64,000 bases of DNA from Lama guanicoe. Its lineage: Eukaryota. Of this stretch, positions 1 through 12,488 are shown in pieces. The stretch spans positions 21,517,280 to 21,581,279 of the forward strand of contig MU054187.1 of NCBI GenBank assembly GCA_013239625.1, read 5' to 3'. The number at the start of each line of letters is the position of its first letter. The stretch's first letter is position 1. The notes under the pieces are model-generated. The model did not search any database and had not been told where the DNA came from. It was given only the letters and a program-made list of their open reading frames with translations. A program made the position numbers and the translations under genes.

Positions 1-389
1 TATTTAAGATACCTGTCTGCTCTAACCTGACTCCTAGCTTCTCTAGTATCCATAAAACAAGTAACCTATCCTAGGGGCTTTGTTAGTTTTTTTTTTCACT
101 TATCACTTTACTGATCTTGAAGAATAATTCTAAATTCAAGTTCTATAATCACCCATACAAAAACAAACTATTATACTCAACTGGACAACTGAAGATTTTT
201 ATGGCAGTATGTTTTCTTTTGTCTGTAATTTTTATTGTTGTTGCTATAGAATTTATCTAGAGGAATGAGTAAAAGACACTTTCCTTTGAAGATAATATTA
301 CTGATGTCTTCTATTGAGTGTGTATACTCAACGACCAGGGCAGACATCCTCTGTATTAACTTGAAATGCCACCTCTAACCGGTTACTCC

Positions 390-1200
390 CAAATTTATTT
401 TTGTACCTTTGATCTGTCCTATAAACTCCAGGCCTACTTGTCACTTGTATTTGGACACAGATAGGCATCTCACAACTAACAAATTTGAAATGGACCCTCT
501 GATCCTCCCCCTCACCTCCAACCTCTGGAAATCTTCCTCATCCTAGCAAATGGCGAGTCCATCCTTCTGGTTACGCAGGCCAAAAATTTTGGAGTTCTGT
601 TTGACTCCTCTCTGTCACCTACATTTTACTTTGATGATCTGTAGATTATTTCCCCTCAATCTTTAAAATCCGAGCAGAATACATCTACTTCTCACAGCCC
701 AACTGCTGATACCTTGGTCCAATCCGACCTCCTGCTGCCTCTCCCTTGAATTATTTCCACAGGCTTCTTAGCGATCTCGCTGATTCCACCCTTATCCTCT
801 ACAGTCGTTTCACAACTCGAAGTCAGAACGACGCTCCTGAAGTAAAGCAGTGAGCCCTGCGTCACTGGGAGGAAAAGCTACAGTGTTTACTTTGGCCAGC
901 AGGACTCTGTACACGCCTCTCCATGCCCTTTTTCTCTTCTCAAGTCTCCGCCTTACCTCCTGACTTCTTGTACTCACATTCCACTTGCTCTGTCCATTCC
1001 AGCCACATTGGCCTCTTTGCTGCCCCTTAAACACCCCAGAGTACACTCCTGTCTCAGGCCTTTGCTTTTGTCATTCTGTTTCCCCTCATCCCACCATCTC
1101 TAGACGTTCCCATGACTTGCTTTCTCACCTTCCTGAGACTTTTCCTCAAATGTCACCTTATCAGTGAAGTTTTCCCTGATCACCCTACGTAAAATGACAG
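390..1200 (+). mobile_element. L2 LINE remnant (ORF2 3' region)
   Basis: 'gccaaaaattttggagttctgtttgactcctctct' resembles the L2 KNLGVILDSSLS segment. Pyrimidine-rich L2 body continues to 'tcaaatgtcaccttatcagtgaag..ccctgatcacc'. Boundaries approximate. Confidence 0.8.
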
Positions 1201-2024
1201 ATCTCCCTCCCTAAGCTGAATATCTAAGTATCAAATGGCATTTACCAGGTGGAGAAGATGAGAGTGTAGGACCGACCGTTGAAAACGACAGAAACAAGGG
1301 GATGGATGTCTGAACTCACAAGGCTCATCTCAGGGATGCTGAAATAATGTAACTACATAGAGAGTAAGATAATTAGAAAGTCAAGCAGAAGATGAGACAA
1401 GAGAAGGAAATTTTGAGCTGACCGAGAAATAAAGCAATTTTCTCAAATTCACGATTTTTGCACTGCAGAATTCTTAATCTTCAGTAATTAGATTGAATTT
1501 TCCCAAGCCTCTAGCTCGTCTGCATTGGGGGACAGTTGCATAAAAGCAAGTTGATTAGAAGTATTCAGTATTATTCTCAGTAAAAGAAACTCCTCACTCT
1601 ACCCAATATGCTATAGAAAAAAAGTAAATAAGGATGTTATATTCTCTGCAGCATATCTTTAAAGATGAGAATTGTGGATTTGGAGTATTATGGTGGAATT
1701 GGGAAAAATGCAAAAAAATTGCTGCACAGGCATGGGTTACTTTCTTACTCTTTCATCATAGTGCCTCTGATGGAGAAAAGGCGTATTTCCATGCTAATTT
1801 TCTTTTTGCACTTCCTGCTTGCTTATCTATCTCCCCGTTAGTCAGTCAACTCAACTGTAAGTGCCTGGCACATACACAAAGCTTTTAATAAAATTTGTTG
1901 GTCTGTTTGAAATTGGCATGCAGCAACCATATCTACATACACATTCCTACAAATCTTCTGGTATGTGATAATTTCTCATTGTGCTTAATATACTGAGTTA
2001 TCTATTCAGAATGCAAAAAGATGA

Positions 2025-2110
2025 GGAAGGAAGGGAAGAAGGAAGGAAGGAAGAAAGGGGAGAGGAGAGAGAGAGAGGAGGGAGGGAAGGAGGAAAAGAG
2101 GAAAGAAGGA
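2025..2110 (+). repeat. (GGAA/GA)n purine-rich simple repeat
   Basis: Direct reading: ggaaggaagggaagaaggaaggaagg...gagagagagaggagggagggaagg. Confidence 0.95.
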
Positions 2111-2995
2111 ATTGGATGCACCCTATTGATTCAGAAGAGTTTTCTGGTAGAGCTCCTATGATGGGGTAAATCCATTAATATGTCTTGCTTCAGACAACCA
2201 ACGAAAATGTCTTTCTTTTTAAAATGTTGTATCATCAGAGATCTAAATAATTAACCAGGAATCTGAATAATTTTTTGTGGATCCCAGTATATGATGAGAA
2301 GACAAAAATTTTCATTAGGTACCAGTCTGATTTCGGACCTCCTCTTAAAGCTGTTAATATCATTGTTTAACTAAGGAGGACAGACTTCAACGCCCAGGAG
2401 CTCGTGGGTGAGCACCAGGAGCCTCCCCAGGCAGGAGGAGGAGAAGGACCTTATCAGAACACAGACAATGTGTGTCTAGCAGTAAATGTGAGATGCTGTT
2501 AAACAGGTTACAGATGAGAGATGCACCCTCCAGTGGGTTAATCAAAGAAGAATTAATAGGGGAGGCAAGACTTAAACTAAACTCCAAAAGGCAGGTAGAC
2601 GTACTTGGGGAGAGAAAGAGTCTTTGCTGGAACAGGCATGTAAATAATAGTAGTAGTAGTCATAGTAATAATAGCTTCTGCTTCTACCATGTGTTGTGCC
2701 TGATGATACTCTGATCGTGGTACTAAGTCCTTTATGTGCATTATCGCATTAAATGTTTATGAGAAGCCCTTAAGACAAAGGATGTAAGTTAAAGATGAGG
2801 AACTTGACTCTTAGTGACGACCAGTGACTCTCCAGTGGGCGTGGATGTGAACTGGAGTCTCCCTGGTTCCATACACTATTTGATTAAGCATTAAACCGTT
2901 CTGTTCAAGTAGAGCTTGCTTCGAGAGGAAATAGAACATATGACTGCAAATATACTTTGGAGCAGACCCTGAACATCAGTTTAAGGAGTTGGCAC

Positions 2996-3551
2996 GCACT
3001 CTGCTCCCACCTTTACGGCTGCCGGGATGCCGGGGACTCACAGCCCCGGGCAGATGGGCACTGTAGACGGGGACAGCATGACGCCCACAGTTCAGCAGGA
3101 AGTAGATACAGAAAGATTTGTCACTGCCAGTCTGTCGGGGGGAATGTGGGGCCAACTGATGTCCTTCCAAGTCCAGGGACCTCCACTCCCGGGCTCTGAG
3201 ATGTCTGCCTGTGGTCCCTCAACGGATAAAGTACGTTCTTTACTGGACGCGTTTCCCCTAAGAAACCAATAGCCCTAGGTAGGGCCTAAACTCACAATAG
3301 CTCAGGCCGGCTTGTTTCAGCCCACCTTATCAGAGTCAAACCCCACCTCCCTTCATGGACCCTAAACCTCTTACCTCACCTGCAACCAATCAGAGCATTG
3401 TGCACAAGCCGATCAGGTGCCTTGTGACCCAACCTTATAAAAGACCCCCAACGGGCCCTCAGTGCTCACACAGGCACCTCTCGTTGTGGTCAGCTGTTGT
3501 CTATGGCAGCACACCCTAATAAACTCCTTTACTATTCTTAAAAAAAAAAAA
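2996..3551 (+). mobile_element. ERV1-like 3' end (internal tail + PPT + U3-R LTR) ending in poly(A); probable L1-mediated retrocopy
   Basis: cagcaggaagtag motif 3093-3105; PPT ggggggaa 3137-3144 then TG 3145; CCAAT 3386; TATAAAA 3436; AATAAA 3518; A12 3540-3551; imperfect TSD 2983-2995 / 3549-3561. Confidence 0.75.
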
Positions 3552-4517
3552 GAGTTGGTGCATGTATGTTTCTGGTCTTTTTCCTATAGAAATGGGTCAT
3601 CATGGAAGTATTCAGTAGGAAGGGCTTATGACTTTTATATATCTTACTTTGAGTGCACTATGTAAGAGGCTGGGTGAATTGGAGCACCCAATTAAGAGTG
3701 CAATAGAAATGGAAATGAAAGGAAGAAGATGTAAAAAGAAAAGAAAATGGACAAGAATGCTTTACACCTAAGGCTCTCCTTAATTCTGAACTGACTTTAA
3801 TTTTTGGAAAAAGATCATAGTTGCAAAGATTTTTAAAATTCTAGGTTTGTAAAATACACATCTATTTTGATAGAGGAAGTAAAAACATCTGCAGTACAGT
3901 AGAGAAATTGTTAACAGGAAACCGCCCAAAGTAGAAAAAGGCAGAGAAGATTAGAGAGAGAGCCGTATCAGACATACAGCGGCTCATCCCAGTGATACCA
4001 TCTGGAAACCAGACATGAAAGCACAAAACCGTACCTCATCTATAGATAACGAATCCTAGTGAAGGAGGCAGCAAGAGGACCACAGCCACCTGGGCCAGGT
4101 GAGCGGGCAGCCTTCTCCCAAGGACAGCGCTGAAGTGCGCTAGGGAAACAAAGTTCGCAAAGGAAGACTGTTTCTAAGTCTTGCTTTGCAGGACCGTGAT
4201 GAGTATCGGCTGCTGGCCCTTCCAAGCCTGGAGCTGGGCAGTTTGCACAGGGCTGGAGGTTGATTCGGCATTTCCTGGCAGGGACCAGGAAAGGGCAGAC
4301 AGGATGCCTGGATTCCATTCCTGTTGTAGCTAAGCTTGAATCCCATTAACTAAGTAGACCCAGATTTTGTAATGATCCCACTCTAGTCTTAAAAGGCTTT
4401 GCTGCGGTGTCAGCCAGGAGTCTCCACTCAGAGGAAGCTTTGGCTCCCTGGACACTTAGAAGTTGGTGAGCCCAGCTTTCTAGCTGGTTTGTAAGATAGT
4501 TCCTATAAAATGGGTAT

Positions 4518-4646
4518 AACCTTTAATGGAAAAGAATATGAAAACAAATATATGGATATATCTATGCATGACTGGGACATTATGTTGTACACCAGAAACT
4601 GACACATTGTAACTGACTATATATACTTCAGTAAAAAAAAGAAAAA
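4518..4646 (+). mobile_element. 5'-truncated L1 3' tail (cetartiodactyl/camelid type)
   Basis: gactgggacattatgttgtacaccagaaactgacacattgtaactgact plus A-rich tail; imperfect flanking repeat aaaatgggtat / aaaatagggtat. Confidence 0.8.
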
Positions 4647-6443
4647 AAAATAGGGTATTAGTGATTTATTTGTTTATGGGTTTTTTTTTTTAAGGAGATA
4701 ATTAGTGAACCTCTTTCCTGGGCTGAGGAGGGACTCCACTTAACTAAAAAATATATTTTATTAGTTTCCAGCCACAGTCTCATTTCTCCTGCACTGAAAT
4801 CTAATGTTTTAAGATAAAATATTTTCTATTAAATTCGATAGGTTTAAGTAAAACTACATGACATGCTTCCATCAAAGGGAATGAAAATCATTCTTCAAAG
4901 CAGAATCAATTTGCAATTGTGACAGAAGATATTTTGCAAATTTCACTGCGATTCAACAATGGCACTTTGATGTCTTTGAAATAACTGACACAGGAGCAAT
5001 TCTCTAGTTTAAACTGTGTTCTCTTTTCAGTTTGCTTCTTCATAATAGGAACTCTATACAGGGTTATTTACTCTTGCAGTTTTTATTTTGCAAAGTCCTT
5101 TATATCATAAATAAAAATCTCATTATGAAAAATTTCTGGATTTTATAATAGACGCCATTTTCTTATGTTTATATATTGGGAAAAATCTCTTCTTCCTTTG
5201 AGCAATTAATGCACATTGATGCATAATTTATCATATATATTATTTCCTACATCTGAGTTGACAGAAAGCTCTATTTCAAGTGAACATATATTGCATTTAG
5301 TTTTTATTACTTACAAACAATTCCTGAAGACTAAAGTATCAGACTAGACACTCAATTTCTTCAGGATTGAAGATCCAAGCCAAAATCATTATAAACTTGA
5401 AGGGAAAAGTGGCAGAGAATCATAATAGACTGAAATCAAGATCTGAACCCCAAATAGTGACCCATAGCTCTCTACTGAGCCATGGACACCCCAAAACTCA
5501 CTTCTTGAAAGAACAAAGGCAGGTTCAGCTCTTCTAGAGTTACAGCTTTAAAAAGTCTTTGATCTCTGTTGAGGGTTCACGACAAAGTTTCCTGTGGTTC
5601 TCAGAGAAATGAGAAAATAAAAACAGTGCTGTGAATGCCTCATAAACATAAACATTCTCCATTAAAAGAATTGTCCTTGTAGTAGGAAACTGACCTCTTG
5701 TTAAGCCCCTTTCTGTATACAGTAATTGTTACCAGTGATAGTAGAATGCTTGCTGTTTCAACATCCTTACCTGGCAAAATTAAAAGTAGTCAGTCTTGTG
5801 TTAGGGCCATGTTTTTTTCTTTGAAATGATACTAAACACCCAAAACCTGGAATAGGCACCACTGCCGTAGAAAATATCAATGGGAACGTTAGCGAATTTC
5901 TTTTCCTTCCAGCCCCAGCACCCGTTGCCCCAATCTCTTATAAAGAATCTGTGGAACAGTAAGAGTTCAGTAAATTGGAAAGAGTTCTCCAGCTTTTAAG
6001 ACATTTCTTTAGAGGATAAATGCTTTGTCCTGGTTTCAATCAGCCGCCAAGGAACTGGATTAAAAATAATCACTGACTGCTAAAATATATATTACAACAT
6101 AGTCCTTAAAGCAGTGTTAACCTACCTGTCATGATTTAATCATTCCTCAGTCTGAATGCATCTTACAGTACAGATTTAGTCTACTATTTGAGCAAAGTGA
6201 ATTCAGTATCATTTAGTTATTGTATAAAATGATTCTGGATTCCTTTATCTCATTGCATAACCTTCAGCAAAGAGATTTTGTATCAGATGCTCACATCACT
6301 GAGAATCACTGTAACTAGCAAAGGCATCCCATATTCCAGGATCACTGGACACAATGAGAAACGGATAAGATTGAAAAATATGCTGTGTGATGTGACCCAG
6401 TCTTGAGAAAACTTGGGGTGTCTCTGGGTTGTGTTCTGAGTGA

Positions 6444-6614
<171 letters not shown>

Positions 6615-7869
6615 TGAAAAAGATCTGTGGCCGCAGACATGTTGGAATTAAACCACTGAAACACTGCCAATCACAGAGATAGCACACGTCCAGGGGGACA
6701 CTGGCTGAGTTTAACAGAGTTTAATACAGATACGTGAATACAGTCTTTAAGCCTACGTTGCAATGATGGAATCTGGTTTCTTAACTTTTTAGAGAAGGTA
6801 GGCCAATTTGCCTAAAATTCACATTTTTAAAAAGAGTGGAAAAAAAGAAGTATTTTGATGCCAATAATAAGCAACAGTTGGATCATAATTAAAAGTTTTT
6901 ATCTCAATATCAAGTAACCTTTAAGAAAATAAAATCAATTAATGGAATATTGCCATCAGGCTAAAATTATACTTATATTTCATTAAATTAACTGCAGCAG
7001 AATTTAACAGATTTCAAAAACTATGATTATAAAGCCCAACTCTCGCATTGCTGCAACTCTGCAAAAACCTCAGAACATAGTTTCAGGATCTCAATATCAA
7101 CAGTGTACCTGGCCACCCAAGGCCACGTCATTTGATGACGTTCTTTGACTTAATATTCTCTCTCCTTTGAATTTCAGCTCTGACCCTAGCTCCACTCTAA
7201 TACAATTCTTTTTACCCTTTTTTATGGCAACAGGTATAAAATCATAGACTATGAGGACTGCCATAAGCTTAGGCGTGAGCTAGTGTGTAATTGCAAATTG
7301 TATTCTGCAAGGTCTTAGATGCCTCGGAGGCTCCTTGGAGATGAGATGAGGGCTGGAAGGAGACTCAGTAGGTAGGTGAGCTCACACCTCCTCCAAATCC
7401 AGCACTTGTTCCAAATAGTGTAGCTCTGCCTGTATCTATCTGTTTGGTATGTTAGAATTCAGCGTAAGACTTCATTTGCCAAAAGGACTTCGCTTTTTCT
7501 AAAATAAAATATGTAGTTTGAAAACCGTTGATCAAATCCAGCTCCTCATATTGCAGATGAGAAAACGAAGGTTCAAGGAAGTAAATCGATTTTTCCATTA
7601 GCCACGCAGCTTGTTTGTGATCGACTTAGGTCTCCACCCAGAGCCTGACCCCAGGATTTCCCTGAAGTGAGGCTACCTGGGTAACAACTAACTGATGAGG
7701 ACCAGTTGGGATCAGGGCCCCTGAGTCACACACAACAAAGAGGAACCTGGCCGTTTGTTGACTGAATCACTGGGGAGAAGACTAGAGCGTTCCTCCTGGT
7801 GATGAGATATGTAGGGCTCAAGACTGAAAAGAAGCCAGCGGTGAGGGTGTGTTACAGCTTAATGGGTGA

Positions 7870-8010
7870 GAGAAATGAACTGTGGTTCAAATCCTCACAC
7901 ACTACTTAGCCTCAGTTTTCTCATGTATAAAACAAGGGTAGCAATGGCTTCCTCACATGGTGAGAAATGAGTGAAGTGGCACATGTAAGTTATATAGTGT
8001 AGTACCTGGT
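7870..8010 (+). mobile_element. MIR SINE fragment
   Basis: ggttcaaatcc...gcctcagttttctcatgtataaaacaaggg...ggtgagaaatgagtga matches the MIR core. Confidence 0.7.
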
Positions 8011-9454
8011 AAAGGCTGAGGAACAGAACCTATTTGCTGCTGGTGGTATTACCATCATACATAACATCACATATACGGGCAAATGAATATTTCCTACTAC
8101 TTTCATGTAACCAGTTTAAAAAAAAAACATAAGCCATATATCTAGCACACAGTGGATTCTCACTAACTTTTGTTAAGTTAATGTGGATGAGAAATGACAG
8201 ATAATAGATAAAAGAGGATAATTTTTCTTAAAAATTTCTGTTATGGTTTCTATTGAGGAAAGATATGCTGCCTACACTTCCTAAGAGAAAAATGTAGACT
8301 TTTAGAAAGTGTTTTATATGCTGTCTGTTGGCACTAATCTTAAGTGTTGCTAGGACTGAAATATCCTGTGATGTTGCCTAAATCAATATTTCCCTTTGAG
8401 GAACTTCTGTGAAATTCGTTATTATGTAGAACAACCCTTACAGCAAAGGACTTTGATAACCAATTTGCACTTCAGTTTAAAGGATTATGGAGAACTCATT
8501 TAAATATAAATCGCCTCAAAGAGAAAAGTGTGATCCTTATTCCATCATATTATAACTTCCAGTTTCCCTCAATGAATAATACCTTTCACATAGCTTCTTA
8601 GATGATCATCTATAAACGGAACACTAAAATTCAGAGCTTGCGTTCTCTTTTCTTGGAAGACTGTCACCTTATTTTTATACGTGTTCAAACTTTTCCCAGT
8701 CATGAGACAGTTATTTTTTAAATGATGGGCCTAGGCCTTTGGTATTTGTGCCTTTCTTACTTTACCGAGTCAGGAAGAAAGTGGAATTATTTAATCAGTA
8801 ATTTCATTCTCTTAGTAATTTTCTCCTGAACCGTATTCATATCTATGGAGATAAGACGATCATTTTCTGTATTTTCTTTATCAAAAGAAGTCAGGGCTGT
8901 ATGTTGTCAACACTGCATTATGGAAAGTGGAGAGATATATATTAAAATTCTTTTAAAATGCTCAGTACCTCCTTATTAAATCTAAGAGGACATTCACCTA
9001 ATGTTTATTTGTGGCAAGCTAATTATTCGGTAGTTAACATTTACTTTTCACTAATGCATCTCTCATTCCCAATTTACTCTTAGTCATTGATGATGCAAGT
9101 TTCCAGCATAAAAGAGTGGCAAGAAAATAGGGTATAAATGGCTGAAAATCAGTTGTGCCCGATACATAGTACACAGTGTTGGTTAGAAAGGGAAGAGAAA
9201 ACGTGACCTGGTTCTCAGGGAGTTTACAATCTCACAAGAAGAGACAGGGTGCCACACAAACAATTCAAGGTACAGAGAAGCCAAAATGATGTCCCCATAC
9301 CTTGTTACAGTGACTCCTGATAGCTTAGGAATTCACTTCAAACAAAAAAGGAAAAAAGTGATCCTATGAAACTTGAACTTGGGACAAGCTCCCCATTGTG
9401 TGACCTTATCCACCTTTAACCCTCCATCTCCTTCCTGTGTCTGCCTCAGATACG

Positions 9455-10081
9455 TGTCATGGACACTTGTTAAAAATGTCGAGGAAAACTTTATTCAAGA
9501 CAATTGTGATAGGGATTAAGGCTATTGCCATAGGGGATGGAAACTGAACTCAACTCTACTAACACAAAAGGTAGGAGGGATTTTAAACGCTGGAGTGAGC
9601 AAATGGAAAAGTATTGGAGGACATCAGTAGGGAGGCTGATCAATATGATGAGGCCATCTGTGTTTGCTGATTGATTCTATGAAAGTTAAGCTCCTACTTT
9701 CCCCCAGAGACTGGGAGACAAGAGTCCTGTCTTTTCCTGATGATTACATTTCAAAGAGAAGGCCTCTAGGTCTTGAGAAGACATGCCTGGGTTATAAAAA
9801 AAAAATGTACAACTCAAAGGGGCATAGAAAGAATTCACAACTGCTAATTTTCTAAAATCAATGCTCTTTAAAAAGGAAATCAGAGCCCACAATCAGAAAG
9901 AAGTCTTATGAAACGAATGCATGTGTGTATCTGCAAGCCTGGGACATTGTGCTGTACACCAGGAATTGACATATTGTAACTGACTGTACTTCAATTTAAA
10001 AAAAAAAAAGGAAAGAAAAAGAAAGAAATCTGTCTGAAGTTCAGTCAAGCCAAGGGGATTATTAAGACTGTCTTGGTAACA
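9455..10081 (-). mobile_element. ERV1-like solo LTR, interrupted by an L1 tail
   Basis: TG...CA-type ends; tttatt (AATAAA on minus) near 9489. Shares blocks (tttattcaagac, catctgtgtttgct, ttacatttcaaag, cttgagaa) with the element at 31198-31696. Confidence 0.7.
9907..10019 (+). mobile_element. 5'-truncated L1 3' tail nested in LTR
   Basis: ctgggacattgtgctgtacaccaggaattgacatattgtaactgactgtacttcaat plus polyA; TSD agaaagaagtct 9895-9906 / agaaagaaatct 10020-10031. Confidence 0.85.
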
Positions 10082-11496
10082 ACTCCACCACAGTCTTTCA
10101 AAATGGAACCCTTTCTCCTCACTTTCTCATCTAAATATACTCTTCTCTCCATGCCCGGCCTCTGTCACGTCACTGTTATGTAAATCCTGTCAATCATGTT
10201 GCCAACCTCAATGTCATCTTCTATTCCTATTCCAGCCAGTGTTTCAACATCTGACCTTGGCAATCTTTTGACTCCATCCCTTCTCTCTATTTTTCCAGTG
10301 CTACTGCCGATACCCAAGCCATCTCATTTGCTCCGTTGCACTCACCGTATTTTTTTTAAGACCTTTTAGCTGTTCTCTCTGCTTCTAGTTTTTCCTCCCT
10401 AATTCGTCTTCCTTATGGCAAATAGATCTACACTACTAAAGCATCCAAGGCCCCAGACTTGGGAATCAGACAGAACTAGGTTCCCCTCCTACTAAAGACC
10501 TAGTCTTCAAACTTACTAGCTGTGTGAAATTTGGAAAGGACCTTATAAAATGTATAAAATAGGTAAAATAATACCTAGCCCCTAAAATTACAGTGAGATT
10601 TAAAGAAACACAATATCTCAGTAATTCTCAAGTGATTTATATTGAATCTGTGGTCAACTCAACTATCGAGGGTACTTCTTGCGAGCAACTTTGAGGCCAT
10701 TTTCGCCAGGAATGTACCTCTGTAACGGATATTTTAGTCTAAAAGCATTCCTTCCATATAACTTTCCTGATGCTCATTTATGTTTTTAGTAATACGAGCC
10801 ATAATAAGTGCATCTTTCTAAACGGCATTTTCTGGAATCATTGAGTTAAATTCATATTTCTACACAGGTGTTATAATGTAGAATTTTTAAAAATTTCAGT
10901 TTATACTGCTATGCAGAAACAGTGATTTCAGGATACTGGCTGGCTCTGACGGATAACATGGTTGTTTTTATATCAACATTCTTTCCAACCATCTGCGAAG
11001 TACAATTCAGCTAGCAATTAGCTGGTAATTAAACCAGCATGTCAAAAAACTGAATTGCCAACTCAACCAATTTTCAGAGTTATATTAATGATAATAGCTG
11101 TACAGCAAATTGAATTTAATAAAAATGCTTTGAACATAAATCCCAGCAATTCTATCTTGTTTTCTAAATCATATGTACATGTTGAAGTAGAGATGAGATG
11201 TACAGAAAAAATATTTGAATATAAGGATTGAAATTTAATGTTAAATTCTCTCTTTCAGAGCATTTTAAGGCCTGAGGCATTTTCCCTTGAGCAGGAATAC
11301 TTACCTGCCCCCTGAGTTTCTCCTACTTTCATAGCCATTGTTTAGTTCAAGCACGTGCCCCTAACTAGACAGACTTCTTCATTCTTGAATATTAAATTGC
11401 CTGGTTCCTGAAGAGGTTCAAAGCACTCTCCAGGTGTGTCAAACTGGGCTTTTGTTCTTAAGTTCTGTTTGAAAACAGCCCAGGCTGCTGAGTCAG

Positions 11497-11876
11497 GAAA
11501 CCTTAAGTGAGAATTCCAACTCTTGTACTTAGTGTACCTCACTCAACTTATGATGCCTCGATTTCTCCCTCTGTGAAATGAGAAATAAGCCTGCCCCATG
11601 GGATGTTTCGAGGTCTAAAGGTACTGAACATCGCACAGTCAGCACTTCGTAAACACTCGGTAACTGGCAGCCAAAAGAACCCCTTTTTCCCCTGTTGAAA
11701 TTCATCATTTATATAACATTAGAGATACCTTTTAGGCACAAGCTGCTAGCTTTTTGGTTCCTTTTTATTCTTTTTTAAAAAAATCTCACTAACTCACTTT
11801 GCTCACAAAAGAGATGTTGTGGTCACCCCTCACTGTGACTTAAAAAGTCAGCAGACTGCAAAAGATGTCAGTGTTC
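11497..11876 (+). repeat. Local duplicated segment, copy 1 (MIR fragment + non-repeat flank)
   Basis: Colinear match over ~375 bp to 16498-16873. Confidence 0.95.
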
Positions 11877-12344
11877 GACGATTGCCCTCCGCCCACGAGC
11901 ACTTGAAGATTTCACATGTTATGTTTCTCCAGGAGACTTGTATACTCGTACACACGGACATTTTCCTTTGAAGAAACTCTCAGACCCCACAACTGACTTT
12001 GCCTTAGTGGTGTGGGACTGTTCTATACACGGAAGTTTCTTTGAGCTTCGCTTTGGATTTATATTTTTGCTACGATGGTGCCAAATTCAGAAATCACTTT
12101 GACTCTGTGGTGGGACTTTGACACCCAGACATTTATTTTCATTCTTTAGTTCTACAAAAATTCATGAATATATTCAGCAAATATTTGATTTGCATGTAAG
12201 CCTCTGAGTTAGCCTCCAAGGATACAACAGTGAGTAAAAGGTTTCTATCCCAAAGAAGCTTTAGTCATAGAGACATAAATGCACATACACACATATACTC
12301 GCTCACAATAAAAAGTAAAAATGATAAGTAGAAAGAGAATTATG

Positions 12345-12488
12345 GGGGGAGAGGGTATAGCTCAATGGTAGAGTGCATGCTTAGCATGCACAAGGTCCTG
12401 GGTTCAATCCCCAGTACCCCAGTTAAAATAAATAAATAAACCTAATTACCTACCACCCCCTCCCCCAAAATTTAGTGTCTTTAAAAAA
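12345..12488 (+). mobile_element. tRNA-Ala-derived SINE (camelid vic-1-like)
   Basis: Head gggtatagctcaatggtagagtgcatgcttagcatgcacaaggtcctgggttcaatcccc with A and B boxes; (taaa)n / cctaattacc tail; TSD agaattatg 12336-12344 / 12489-12497. Confidence 0.9.

Noticed and set aside
2957..3272. Overlapping ORFs in a GC-rich patch as a small gene or env remnant
   Set aside because: They run across the PPT into the LTR and show no recognisable protein motif; openness is explained by GC content.
12345..12422. tRNA-Ala(AGC)-like sequences (also at 26391 and minus 45670-45739) as tRNA genes
   Set aside because: Each has the same SINE tail, two have clear TSDs, stems are mismatched or deleted, and there is no adjacent Pol III terminator. 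They are SINEs.
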